DNA of 64,000 nucleotides from Balanoglossus misakiensis (GCA_040954595.2 CM082577.2:16747903-16811902), one strand, 5' to 3'. Numbered from the stretch's first letter, positions 13,339-24,355 are shown. Made by a program: numbers and translations. Notes: generated by a model from the letters alone, not told the origin.

Positions 13339-13884
13339 TCTCCTTTTGTTGTCTTCGGTTAGTGGAATCATTTGCCTGTGGTTGGATGAAGACCTACCAG
13401 CAGTCCATTTTATTCTACATGAAGACTGAAACTATGGTGGAGGAAACCGTTCCTAGGTTCCTACATTTGAACTCTTCATGTTGAACGTTTTCCAACCGTA
13501 GTGATTTGCAATGGAGTGAATTGAGAATTGTGATACTTAAAAATACAGCGTCGTATTTTTATTTTGATACAAACTGAGTACGATTTAAGTGATTACTATA
13601 TTTTTTTTGTTTACCAGAAGTGGTTTATATTTTCCTTCATTTTTGTATAAGTATAAATACGCGTACATTTGACAATAGCTAAGTACACTTTGGCACCATG
13701 CAATGAAGAGGTGCAGTCTGTTGTATTAAGGTTGTACTGGCTATTACAGTTTCTCGCGTATGATTATATTTTTTTGAACTGGTTCTTACAGTGTATTTGA
13801 TTTTTTTCGTATATGATATTTAGACCTATATTTTTTTCTCATAGTTGGATTTCACTGAGCAAAATTTCTGGTGTTCCTTGATTA

Positions 13885-15171
13885 TTGTTTGTCAAAATGC
13901 AGAATACGCCGGGTGATGATTTGATAACATTTGATTTAGTGGGACCTGATATTAGTATGAGTCAACCAAGTAATTTACAGTATCCACTGCCATCATATGG
14001 GCAAAATGTTCCCAGTATGCCTTATCATGACCCTTGGTTACCCCAACCACCCTTAACCCCAGCTGAAAATATTGGGTTGCCTAGTGCAGCATCAACACAA
14101 TACAGACCTGTAACTAATAACATGCCTGGTCGAAATTTGAATCCCAATGAACAACAAATACAGAATGACACGTATCTAGCTGGGTATGGTAATACATATG
14201 TGGACCAAAGGGGATTTGATACTGCTCATCCACAATTACAACACCCTATGCACCGACGTGCACATTTTATGCCTACATCCCACCAACAACCACAAAGTAC
14301 ACAGGCATATCCAGACTACCGAATCACATCCTCACATCAAGTACGTGGTGTTCCAATATTCAGCGGTGCGCCCGATGGTAAAGTCTTGGTGGAAGACTGG
14401 ATTAGAGATATTCAGTACCTTTTTGTAGCTGGGTCCATGCCGGAGACGCTGAAATTTTCGACGGTCATCCGTCATCTCAGCGGTGAAGCCAGAAAATTAG
14501 TCCTCAACCTACCAGCTGGTGAACAGACCCTACAGCGAGCGATCGATGAACTGCGTGCAGAATATGGGGATGGCTTGTGGTCAGGGGATCCAATGGGAAA
14601 TTTCTACGAAAGAACACAGCATCCCGGCGAGTCTCCATGCTCTTTTGCGATTGCACTGGAAGATAAACTTCGCAACGTGGAAGGCAAGCTCAACCATGGT
14701 AGGCCGTTTCCAGACAGAGACTATAAACTCACCCAACAGTTCATGAAGGGACTACGGGACCAAGAAATATTTCAACGGTTAGCACCAATGAGAGTACGGG
14801 AGATGTCATTCAGGCAGCTACGAGATGAGCTCCGGTATATTTCCAGAGAAGGGAGAACCAGTGGGAGACACAAGAAAACCCAGGCACAGCCACATGTGAC
14901 AACTGAGAACAGAAAACCAAAGGCCGATGAAAGGGAGTCGCATGATCGACAACAGTTGGCGGAGGTGACCAAGCTGCTGCAAACAATGGTTGCTAAGCAA
15001 GAGGAACAAAACAAAAGAATCGCAGAACTGGAAAGTAGATTTTCCCCACAGACAGTTGGAAGAAACTATGCATGTCACCGCTGCGGACAGCCTGGACATC
15101 TAGCAAGAGGCTGCCGGTCCAAACCACTTTTGAGACCATCTATCCAGGGAGACAAGCTGTTAAAAGACTAA
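13885..15171 (+). CDS. gag: Gag (PNMA-like capsid + CCHC knuckle), Gypsy B
   Basis: 428-aa open frame (first ATG at 13897) with VPIFSG...WIRD...LSGEARKLV capsid-like region and CHRCGQPGHLARGC. Confidence 0.9.
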   Translation: MFVKMQNTPGDDLITFDLVGPDISMSQPSNLQYPLPSYGQNVPSMPYHDPWLPQPPLTPAENIGLPSAASTQYRPVTNNMPGRNLNPNEQQIQNDTYLAGYGNTYVDQRGFDTAHPQLQHPMHRRAHFMPTSHQQPQSTQAYPDYRITSSHQVRGVPIFSGAPDGKVLVEDWIRDIQYLFVAGSMPETLKFSTVIRHLSGEARKLVLNLPAGEQTLQRAIDELRAEYGDGLWSGDPMGNFYERTQHPGESPCSFAIALEDKLRNVEGKLNHGRPFPDRDYKLTQQFMKGLRDQEIFQRLAPMRVREMSFRQLRDELRYISREGRTSGRHKKTQAQPHVTTENRKPKADERESHDRQQLAEVTKLLQTMVAKQEEQNKRIAELESRFSPQTVGRNYACHRCGQPGHLARGCRSKPLLRPSIQGDKLLKD

Positions 15172-18100
15172 AGCCTGTGGAAGAGGGACATTTCACAGGC
15201 GGGAACCATTCCAGTCCCACACACACAGAAAAGACTGATTCATCTTCTGGCCAGCTGAGAGTCGTGGTAAACCAGTTTGTAGGACCACTGAACGAAACAG
15301 AAGTCGAGGTGAATGGCGTTACCTGTACAGCTCTGATAGACACTGGATCACAAGTGACTACAGTAACAGAGTCATTTTACACTACGCATGCTCACCTTGC
15401 CAGCCAGATACCTGAATCTACTGATGTGTCAATAGAAGGGGCTACCGGAAATGATGTTCCTCATCGTGGTGTCATCCGCATTGATTTGACTTTCCTCGGG
15501 AGAACATATACACAAGTACCAGCATTTGTCGTTCCCACAACAGAGTATCGTCAAAATGTGCCATTGCTAGTTGGAACAAACGTTATTCGCACAAGCCAGA
15601 ATGATCTGAGAGCCCTCCACGGTCATTGTTTTCACAGCAGGGTAAAAGAATCCTCTCATGCGTGGTATGCAGCTTATAGGGAACTTGGAAAATCTGAACC
15701 AGGTGGAAAGTCGGGTAGAATTGGTCAAGCCAAATATTGTGGTCGCCGACCTATGGTCATACAGCCAGGAGAGGAAGCTCACGTCCCATGTCGTGCACCC
15801 AGAATTCGAGCTGGAGTTCCATATACAGCGCTCATCGAAAGCCCGCAGTCTAAACAGTTGCCAAATGGAATTGCCGTTGGTAAAGTTTTGAATGACGTGG
15901 AAGATGGCCGTACTCCAGTGAGAGTGTACAACTACTCGTCTAGACCAGTAACGATTTGGCCAAAAACCTATCTTGCTGAACTGCATGCTGTGATTAATGA
16001 AGAGGCTCTTGGATTTGATAGCCAACTGGAAGAAAAGAATAGTAATACACAATTTCCTGCAGTACCTGAAAGAGGAAGAAAGAGGAATAGGACAAGAGAG
16101 ATACGCAGACGGGAACATGTGCCATGTAAATTTCAGCCCACGACACAGTGCCACAATACCAATATGAGTGAGAAGTCTGGTGGTTACTCTCTTCCAGATG
16201 TGACTTGTTCTGCAGTGGAGAATGATGAACAACTACAGCAGTTGAAAGCACTACTTCAAAAGAACGCTGATGTATTCTCAAAGCATTCACTAGACTATGG
16301 ACATACAACTACTATTAAACATGAAATCCCAATGATTGACAGTCAGCCTTTCCGTATACCTCCACGCAGAATCCCTCCCGCACAATACTCAGAGGTTAAG
16401 AAGCATATTGAAGACATGGCTGCTGCAGGCGTTGTCAGACCAAGCAAAAGTCCATATTCAAGTCCAATTGTGGTGGTGAGAAAGAAGGACGGCTCTGCGA
16501 GAATTTGTATTGACTACAGACAATTGAACATGAGGTCTATCAGGGATGCCTACCCCTTACCCCGTATAGATGATGCTCTAGAAGCATTAGGTGGGGCCAA
16601 GTATTTTTCAACGTTGGATCTCACTGCTGGCTATTGGCAGGTTGAAGTACACGAAACAGATAAACCCAAGACAGCATTCACCACTCCTATGGGATTGTAC
16701 GAGGCAAATAGGATGCCGTTCGGGTTACAGAACGCTCCAGCTACATTCCAGAGGCTGATGATGGCATGCCTTGGTGATCAGCATTTCTCCACTGTACTAA
16801 TATATTTAGATGACATCATCATTTTTTCGCGTACATTTGAGGAGCACCTGGACAGAATGCAGCTGGTGTTTGACCGATTACGCGAACATGGTCTCAAGTT
16901 AAAGCCACAGAAGTGTCATCTGTTGAAGGAGGAAGTGCACTACCTTGGTCATGTTGTGTCCGCTAATGGTATCAGTACAGATCCCGAAAAGACGAAAGTG
17001 GTGGAGCAATGGCCAAAACCCAGTAACAGAAGGGATCTACTAAAGTACCTTGGATTTACAGGCTACTATAGACGGTTTATCAAGGATTACAGTAAAATTG
17101 CAGCACCGTTGTTTAACCTCACGTCTGGAGACCCACGTAGACGCCAGAAAGGAAAGGGACAAAAGAAAGATGTTCCACCATTCATTTGGACAGAAGCATG
17201 TGAAGATGCCTTCAACTGTCTGAAATCGAAAATGCTGTCCGCACCAATCTTGGCTTACCCCGATTTTTCCAAACCATTCACGTTGCAGATTGATGCATCC
17301 TCTGAGGGATTGGGAGCAGTTCTGGCCCAGCGACAAGACGATAAAGACAGAGTTATTGCCTACTGTAGCCGTGGGTTACGACCGCCAGAGACCAGATACC
17401 CAGCACACAAACAAGAATTCCTTTGTCTGAAGTGGGCAGTGACAGACAAGCTGAGGGAATACCTATACGGAAATCAGTTCACCGTGCTTACCGATAACAA
17501 CCCCCTAGTATATGCAATGTCTACTGCAAAATTAGATGCAACTGGTCAGCGTTGGGTAGCGCAGCTTGCGATGTTTGATTTCGACATACGGTATCGTCCT
17601 GGCAAGAGTAATGCAAACGCGGACGCATTATCACGTATACCACAACAAGAAGTTGCAGAAACTTTGAAAGCAGTATGTCATGTATCAAAGTGTGTCCAAG
17701 ATGCAGTTGGCAACAGTACCCGGGATATTTCATCATATGCAGATACCATACCAAGTTTGACTGTAAAGGAACTGAGATTCCATCAACAAGAGGATTCCTC
17801 ACTCAGTGATGTGATTCGAGCCAAAAGTTCATCCAGGAAACCAGGTAGGAGACAACTGAACGACATGTCTCCTGAAGCCAGACTATTACTACGTCAGTGG
17901 GACAGGTTGGCCCTTCAAGATGGAGTTCTCTATAGGAAAATTTCTCCCCCCAGCGGAACCGAAACATTGCAACTCGTTTTGCCACTCCAGTACCGGAAGG
18001 ATGTTTTCCACAAACTTCACAGTGAGATGGGACATTTGGGATGCGACAAGACTCTGGATTTGATTCGCACACGGTTTTATTGGCCTAAGATGTATACACA

Positions 18101-19652
18101 AGTGAAAGTCTGGTGTGACCAATGTGAAAGATGCAACCTCAGGAAGTCTGATGTCAAGACTGTGCGCGCACCTTTGGTGAGTGTGACTACATCTGAACCC
18201 CTCGAATTAGTATGCATAGACTTTTTGACCTTGGAACCTTCAAAGGGAGGATTTGAAAATGTGCTCATTGTGACTGACCATTTTTCAAGATACGCCCAAG
18301 CATATCCTACGAAAAACCAAAAAGCAGAAACGGTGGCCAAAGTTCTGTGGAAAAACTTCATGTGCCAGTATGGTTTCCCTCTCCGGTTACATTCCGACCA
18401 AGGAAGAAATTTTGAGAGTGCGCTGATAAAGGAACTGTGTCAGATCACAAACACTGTCAAATCACATACGACGCCCTATCATCCGGAAGGCAACGGTATG
18501 TCTGAAAGATTTAACAGAACACTGATGAATATGTTGGGAACGTTAGACCCGTCACAGAAACGTGATTGGAAGGAGCATCTTGACGCCCTAACTCACGCAT
18601 ATAATTGTACACGGCATGAGTCTACAGGATATGCACCGTTCTATTTAATGTTCGGACGAAATCCTCGACTGCCGATCGATGTCATCTTTGGTACGTCATC
18701 TGAGCCAAAGGAGAACTTGGGTTATGGTGAATACACCCATGCGCTTCGTGAAAGACTCCAGGACGCGTATCATCAAGCAAGTAACCAGGCAACTAAAGCT
18801 AGACAGAAACAGAAGGACCAGTATGACAGGAAGGCTACTGCTGAGACACTATCCGTAGGTGACCGGGTGCTGGTGAAACTAAAGGAAGTTGGAAAACACA
18901 AGATCGGAGACCGATGGGAAAAGACCCCTTATCTAGTAACAGAAAAAAGACCAGATCTGCCAGTCTATGTTGTCAAGCCTGAGTCAGGAGGGGGACAACG
19001 AGTGTTGCATCGCAATATGTTGAAGTTGTGTTCATTCCTCCCCATCGATGGTGAGAAGTCTACAGAGACAGCTATCAGCAGCAGCAGCAGTCCAGCTATC
19101 AAGTCGAGTATGACAGATGAAACAGAAATTAGTGACTATGAAGATGGAGACTGTGTGGAGTTCACCATCGTTCCAGGGGATGCGACTATAGCGAAATACC
19201 CTGCTGCAGACCAGAGGAGATGTTCACCCCTGTCACATACATCAAAACCCGAAGATATTAAGTCTGCCCATCGAGCGGTTGAATCACCGTGTGCACCGCC
19301 TACGATTCCCCGATCGTCCACAACCCAAGAAAATGCAGAGGATGCCGTGTTGTCACCAGACGTTGTGTTGTCACCCCAGCAACCGAGTCCCGACGTGTCA
19401 GCAGATAGCACCTATTCTATGCACACTTCCAATACACGATGCACAACAAATGATCCCACAGTGCAAACACAGTCACCGTCTACAGATACACATTCAGATT
19501 CTGTCATGTTAGACAGTTCACATACACAAAATATTAGTTCTGAAGAAATAGCTGGGCCCCGTATTCGTAGATATCCCTTGAGAAATCGGAAACCGCCACA
19601 GAGATATGGGTTTATCATGTCATTGTTGAGTGGAACTGCCACAGCAGTTTAA
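15072..19652 (+). CDS. pol: Pol polyprotein (PR-RT-RH-IN), Gypsy B, in the -1 frame relative to gag
   Basis: 1526-aa open frame: LIDTGSQVT, YLDDII, QIDAS, HSEMGH..CDQC, LHSDQGRNFES, YHPEGNGMSER. Confidence 0.95.
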   Translation: MSPLRTAWTSSKRLPVQTTFETIYPGRQAVKRLKPVEEGHFTGGNHSSPTHTEKTDSSSGQLRVVVNQFVGPLNETEVEVNGVTCTALIDTGSQVTTVTESFYTTHAHLASQIPESTDVSIEGATGNDVPHRGVIRIDLTFLGRTYTQVPAFVVPTTEYRQNVPLLVGTNVIRTSQNDLRALHGHCFHSRVKESSHAWYAAYRELGKSEPGGKSGRIGQAKYCGRRPMVIQPGEEAHVPCRAPRIRAGVPYTALIESPQSKQLPNGIAVGKVLNDVEDGRTPVRVYNYSSRPVTIWPKTYLAELHAVINEEALGFDSQLEEKNSNTQFPAVPERGRKRNRTREIRRREHVPCKFQPTTQCHNTNMSEKSGGYSLPDVTCSAVENDEQLQQLKALLQKNADVFSKHSLDYGHTTTIKHEIPMIDSQPFRIPPRRIPPAQYSEVKKHIEDMAAAGVVRPSKSPYSSPIVVVRKKDGSARICIDYRQLNMRSIRDAYPLPRIDDALEALGGAKYFSTLDLTAGYWQVEVHETDKPKTAFTTPMGLYEANRMPFGLQNAPATFQRLMMACLGDQHFSTVLIYLDDIIIFSRTFEEHLDRMQLVFDRLREHGLKLKPQKCHLLKEEVHYLGHVVSANGISTDPEKTKVVEQWPKPSNRRDLLKYLGFTGYYRRFIKDYSKIAAPLFNLTSGDPRRRQKGKGQKKDVPPFIWTEACEDAFNCLKSKMLSAPILAYPDFSKPFTLQIDASSEGLGAVLAQRQDDKDRVIAYCSRGLRPPETRYPAHKQEFLCLKWAVTDKLREYLYGNQFTVLTDNNPLVYAMSTAKLDATGQRWVAQLAMFDFDIRYRPGKSNANADALSRIPQQEVAETLKAVCHVSKCVQDAVGNSTRDISSYADTIPSLTVKELRFHQQEDSSLSDVIRAKSSSRKPGRRQLNDMSPEARLLLRQWDRLALQDGVLYRKISPPSGTETLQLVLPLQYRKDVFHKLHSEMGHLGCDKTLDLIRTRFYWPKMYTQVKVWCDQCERCNLRKSDVKTVRAPLVSVTTSEPLELVCIDFLTLEPSKGGFENVLIVTDHFSRYAQAYPTKNQKAETVAKVLWKNFMCQYGFPLRLHSDQGRNFESALIKELCQITNTVKSHTTPYHPEGNGMSERFNRTLMNMLGTLDPSQKRDWKEHLDALTHAYNCTRHESTGYAPFYLMFGRNPRLPIDVIFGTSSEPKENLGYGEYTHALRERLQDAYHQASNQATKARQKQKDQYDRKATAETLSVGDRVLVKLKEVGKHKIGDRWEKTPYLVTEKRPDLPVYVVKPESGGGQRVLHRNMLKLCSFLPIDGEKSTETAISSSSSPAIKSSMTDETEISDYEDGDCVEFTIVPGDATIAKYPAADQRRCSPLSHTSKPEDIKSAHRAVESPCAPPTIPRSSTTQENAEDAVLSPDVVLSPQQPSPDVSADSTYSMHTSNTRCTTNDPTVQTQSPSTDTHSDSVMLDSSHTQNISSEEIAGPRIRRYPLRNRKPPQRYGFIMSLLSGTATAV

Positions 19653-19755
19653 CAGTATACTTTAATTTTTTCCCCCAGTTTAACAACTTTCCTTCAGACA
19701 ATAATTATCAACGATTGTAAATTACGTGGCCGTCATTTGTCAAACCAGGGGGGTA

Positions 19756-20419
19756 TGTGACCCGGATTTTTTTGTGATTTTCCAATATAAATACAAAGAT
19801 AATGCTTAGTTTCTGATAGTTCATTGACGGTGGTGTTCACCCAATGACTGTCCAGTATTTGCATAATACTATACGTATTTGCATGCGAACTTTGGCCAGG
19901 TGTACGGCGCCCTCAAGGGGCAAAGAGACACAACCGGTCTCTTTGCTGACTTGGCCAATGCGAGCAGGTTGGTAATATTTTTCTCTCCCTTTTAAATCGC
20001 CCATGCAAGCGTTAAATCATTGCCATCCACCCCTATAATTGAAATATAATGATGTGTTAGTGTTTAAAGAACCATCATCTGTAATATTTTGAGAGAATGT
20101 TCAGTGATTTTTGCTGCAAATGTGTGAATATTGGACTCGGAAAGCACTTTATGCGCCGCAGTATTTTCTGTTAAGTTTCCTCTGTATATTTTCTTTGGTT
20201 TTGTGAGTATTGTAATTCTTTTCTCTCTCTTTGCTGACTTGGCCAATGCGAGCAGCCAAGTACAGATGGAGCCGCTGACCAAAGAAATAAACGTCATGAA
20301 CGTACATTAATGTGTGTCGGGTCAGTGTATAGCTGTGTCCCCTTAGCGAATGGGTTTGAAACAACACAACGCAATGCCCTAACGACAACACCATTACCAA
20401 GCCTATACCAGGGGTCACA
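19756..20419 (+). repeat. 3' LTR of Gypsy B
   Basis: Preceded by PPT AGGGGGGTA (19747-19755). Same length as the 5' LTR, and no mismatch seen by eye. Confidence 0.97.
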
Positions 20420-21303
20420 CAATTATAGTTACTTTGCAAGAAGTGGTCTGTTGTTTCGCCGATGATGAGTTTGCTTGTACACTATGATGTAGTAGTTAAA
20501 GGACGCCTAGCAGATTTTGGCGAGACTTTCCTCATTCGGAATGTAGACAGTTGGTGACCCGTCGACTTTCTTTGTCAGGATTTTTCCATATTGCGTCCAC
20601 AAGTATTTCCATCCATATTCTTTTCTTCTGGCATTTACCTTAAGGCTTTGTGAATAAAGATCTTCGTCCTGGTGTAAGATTTTTGTTGATGTATATCTTG
20701 TTTTCTACTTGGTAGCCAATGTCCGATGTTTTGAAGCGAGACATATTTTTGCGTTGCTTGTAGACCGCGTCACAAATTCTTCTAGTGAAACGCACGATGA
20801 TTGGGGCAGGAAACCGGGTATTGGTACCGTGGTCAATGTGTTCATTGCCGAGTGCTTGACGTTTCTTGATTCGATGTGACATGTCGATATCTGAACTGGT
20901 TATGTCTTTTCTATGAGTTGGATGACTTTCAGGGCTACTGTTTCAGTATTTTCATTTGGGAATTCTGGTATGCCTCTTATTTCAAGATTTTCACGCCTTA
21001 TATATTGACCCATTTCATCTTGGCTGCGGTCTAGACCGGATAAGCTTGTTTTGAATAGTTAGTTTTCTTCACGAAGACGACGATTTGTAGCATCAATTTC
21101 CTCCATTTTTTTCTTATTTTCTTCATACATGGCATTGATAAAGCTCAGTGACTTATCTTCCTGCTGTAGGTGCGCTTCCACAGTCTGTCAATTTTGTTCA
21201 GCTTTTCGTTGATACTTCGTATTACTTGTAGAATATATAGAATATTGTCCTCCTCGCGACCGCTCTTAGAATACAGCCTTGGCTTCAGCCTCCGATGCCA
21301 CGT
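20420..21303 (-). pseudogene. LINE ORF1 C-terminal part and ORF2 start (continuation of 10830-12654)
   Basis: Coiled-coil, QYIRRENLEIRGIP, PAPIIVRF and IYINKNLTP ORF1 motifs. SNYNC joins to KSYTLDEF across the Gypsy B TSD. Confidence 0.8.
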
Positions 21304-21598
21304 TGTAGCGTTTTCCCCAACTTCAACGCCACGGAAAGGTTTCCCTAGTCAATGCCCGTAATGCATACTCACCTAGTTGAGTGCGTGCAGGCGGTCCGGG
21401 TCCAGAACAAGTAGAGCGTGTAGCACCAGACCATGGACGAGACGAGAGAGAACCCCGGCTTCCGGTCCCACGGTGATATATATAACCTTCACGGGGTCAC
21501 ATGACAGGTCACCTAAGGGTCACCACCAAATCAGCATTTCCACAGGAATCTCCAGGCACTGGTATACTCCAGGTGAGGTATTCTCCAGAAATACCACA
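21304..21598 (-). repeat. 3' LTR of Gypsy C
   Basis: TGTAG...CCACA; adjacent minus-strand PPT AACAGGGGAGAG (21599-21610). Confidence 0.95.
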
Positions 21599-21979
21599 CT
21601 CTCCCCTGTTTTCTTCTGAAGCGATGGGTTCCGTGTGGATCTCTGGAAACTGGAAGATTCCTTTCATAGATGGTTAGATGATTATGGACGGAACAGCCGA
21701 TTCGAATCAATCCGGGATATGGCACGTTTTTTTTTTCTTTTGGGGACTTTTTAGAGCCATACCGTCGAGATCGATTCTTACACGATGGTGGCAAACACAA
21801 TTTTACTGCCACTGGGGAGGGACCGGAAGTAACAAAAACCAACAAGCAAAAAAATCCCCAGTGGCGTGGGCCCAGATAAAAGGGAAAGACCCATGGAAGG
21901 CAGCTCCGGATGTAATATGGATTTCACAGTCTAACGCCAATAATGCAGCCTAGGACCCCCCCCCCCAAAGATTACCCGT

Positions 21980-24355
21980 TCAGTCGAAGCCGTACAAGCG
22001 CCTGGTGTTGTTGGCAGCAGCTTCCAGTAGCTGGTTCAGAGGTATCCCCCGCCGCGCCGCAACCAGGACAGCAACATCTCCGATAAAGGCTGGAGTGTTG
22101 GGCTTGGCACCATTGGCCACAGGGAAGTACGGGGAGTCCGTCTCCAAGAGAAGACGATCCTCTGGCACCGCCCTGACTGCTTCAAGCTGAGGGGTAGAAA
22201 AAGTGTTAACACCAGCATTAAAGCTGAAGTAACAGTACGGATAATCCCTGATCCAGCACTCGACCACAAAACGATCTCCAGTGAAGCCATGGAAGTGGAT
22301 CAACTGCTCACTGGCGCAGTACTCACGAACGATTTCAAGAGCCCTATGCCCGACAGCAGCAATACACACATCTCCAGTAGCTCCTCTGATGTGCAGAACC
22401 AGGAGCTTCCGTGGATCACACTGGGAAAGGGCCAACCTGAACACGGTCTCCTGGAGGGGCCATTTGTCTGTCGCAACAGAGAAATCTAACCCAACCTCCC
22501 CAATTGCTGCCACCTGAGGGGATTGGATTAATTCCTTGAACTTCTCCAGTCGACTTCCAGTCAGTGTTGCCGCCTGTTTGGGATGTATTCCCACAGCAAT
22601 TTTCCAACGCTTACTCCGGGAAAGATTGGTGGGAAAAGTCGTAGGGTCACAGTAAACCTCCACCCCACCCAATACGGGAATCCCCGTCAGTGATTTCAGC
22701 ATGGAAGGGGAGGAGACCACTACGTCCGATGTCACGCGGGTGACAGTACCCCGCCACGAAGAAGTCAATCGATCCAAATGAAAATGAGAATCAAAGGCTC
22801 CCAGTGGCGAAGCCGCACTGCCAACACATTTCACCTTACCCTTAGACTTAGTCGGGTGAGGACCTACATCCAAACTCTGGCTCCCTGAAGCAGAAGCAGT
22901 TGCCAAGGCAATCAAATCTTGCGCTTCCTGTGATCGGGACACAGTGCACGACTTCCTGGGCAGAGGATGGCTCTGCTTGGTTTTCTTGGCCTGCAGAATC
23001 TGCCGATCCCCGCTGAAGAGGCCTGCAAACTCCGCTCTCTGCAAAGGAGAAAGAAAACCCAACAAAACCAAGAGCACTCTCCAGTGAACGAGTACAGCGG
23101 GAGAATTTGGCGGGTGGAGTCCAAACCGTAGCATGGGCTCCCACCCCAAATCCCTATATAGCTGATGCATCAAAGGAAAATACTCTTCCTCTACCGATGA
23201 AACCGGCGGAAGAAAGACATGGCCAAACCGCTCGAAATAAACCAACAAGCTCATGGCCGGTGAACCTGGTGATCCCCCAACAATCCAGGAATGAAGAATG
23301 CCCAAAGCATGGAACACTCTCCAAGCCTCGAAAGGATGATCACCCCGGAGTACCGGAGGAACATGCTTACCCAAGACATGAGCCCTGAGGTCCACAGTTA
23401 CCTCCGTGCACTCCGGCAAGGGACAACGAACATGATCGGCCGGCGGTATTCCAAGGTAGCCAAGGTAGCCTGGGGGAAGAGGAACGAGAGGGGGTTGCCC
23501 TAAACCAACCGGGAGAAAAGCCTCACTAAAGGGTCCGACCAGAGAAAGAGGGCTAGATCGTTGCACCCGCTGACTCCCTGCGGAGCCAACAGGAGGCTGA
23601 TTCAGAACCCCCTTCCCCTTCTTACCTCTACTGGACTTCTTCTTACCCCGGCCAGTTGCCACCACAGCCTTCCTCACCGCTGGTCCTCGTTGCGGGCTAG
23701 CCGTTTCCATAGGCGCAGGAAGTACTCCCGGCGCTGCCTCCACCGGGGCAGAAACCAACACCGGTTGCACCTCCGGTATGGATCCAACCGGTGGACATAC
23801 CAGTTCCCCCGCCCCCGGCCCCCGAGCGCGTTGGACGTCTGGCAGAGGTGCTGCGGGCAGCACCTCTTGCGGGATACCTGAGTGCACAGACTCCCGCTGC
23901 CATGTTTCCACTTGCTCAGGGTCCTGAAGACGGAAGTCCCGGTACATACCATCAGGTGGAACTTCATACGAAGCCGACTTCTTGGACCTTTGGGGAGCAG
24001 ACCAAGTGTTTTCTCTTGGATTTGGATGAGGAAGATGTTCATCAATCCAAGCGCGATCAAAACCAAGGCAAAGATCGACGTCTTTGCGCAGGGCTCTGAT
24101 CCATCCCCATCGCTTCCTCCGGGCCGCTATGGTGTATTGACCAATCAGGAGCTCCTGGCCCTGTGCCACAGACCGGTCAGGTCCCATGGAGATAACACCG
24201 ATGCCATTGACGAGCTCTCGAACTTGCCAAAGGAAGTCATTGGTGGTAGCATCGGATATCTCCTGGCTAAGACGCTGGCGAGCGGCACTTGGATCAGTCG
24301 GAGCGACCTCCTTCCATTGGCGCTTGGGTGAATCAGGTGGAGACGAAGAAGCCAT
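21980..24355 (-). CDS. ORF3: 791-aa protein with C-terminal TatD-like nuclease (amidohydrolase TIM barrel)
   Basis: AFDSHFHLD, VGIHP, AIGEVGLD, LVLHIR, IHFHGF, LLLETDSPY in canonical TatD order at ~21980-22800. Likely start is MASSS at 24355, directly after a splice acceptor. Confidence 0.88.
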   Translation of the reverse strand: MASSSPPDSPKRQWKEVAPTDPSAARQRLSQEISDATTNDFLWQVRELVNGIGVISMGPDRSVAQGQELLIGQYTIAARRKRWGWIRALRKDVDLCLGFDRAWIDEHLPHPNPRENTWSAPQRSKKSASYEVPPDGMYRDFRLQDPEQVETWQRESVHSGIPQEVLPAAPLPDVQRARGPGAGELVCPPVGSIPEVQPVLVSAPVEAAPGVLPAPMETASPQRGPAVRKAVVATGRGKKKSSRGKKGKGVLNQPPVGSAGSQRVQRSSPLSLVGPFSEAFLPVGLGQPPLVPLPPGYLGYLGIPPADHVRCPLPECTEVTVDLRAHVLGKHVPPVLRGDHPFEAWRVFHALGILHSWIVGGSPGSPAMSLLVYFERFGHVFLPPVSSVEEEYFPLMHQLYRDLGWEPMLRFGLHPPNSPAVLVHWRVLLVLLGFLSPLQRAEFAGLFSGDRQILQAKKTKQSHPLPRKSCTVSRSQEAQDLIALATASASGSQSLDVGPHPTKSKGKVKCVGSAASPLGAFDSHFHLDRLTSSWRGTVTRVTSDVVVSSPSMLKSLTGIPVLGGVEVYCDPTTFPTNLSRSKRWKIAVGIHPKQAATLTGSRLEKFKELIQSPQVAAIGEVGLDFSVATDKWPLQETVFRLALSQCDPRKLLVLHIRGATGDVCIAAVGHRALEIVREYCASEQLIHFHGFTGDRFVVECWIRDYPYCYFSFNAGVNTFSTPQLEAVRAVPEDRLLLETDSPYFPVANGAKPNTPAFIGDVAVLVAARRGIPLNQLLEAAANNTRRLYGFD

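Larger units (their letters stand above)
12655..20419 (+). mobile_element. Full-length, apparently intact Ty3/Gypsy LTR retrotransposon B (7765 bp)
   Basis: Two 664-bp LTRs (TG...CA), CAAT target-site duplication (12651-12654 and 20420-20423), PBS, PPT, and open gag and pol. Confidence 0.97.

Noticed and set aside
19050-19652. env or chromodomain at the end of Gypsy B pol
   Set aside because: Ser/Thr/Pro-rich low-complexity tail ending in RRYPLRNRKPPQRYG; no signal peptide, transmembrane or chromo motif.
21980-22800. TatD as a host TATDN gene or bacterial contamination
   Set aside because: It is intronless, fused to a long non-TatD N-terminus, co-oriented with gag-pol, and enclosed by matching LTRs and a TSD.
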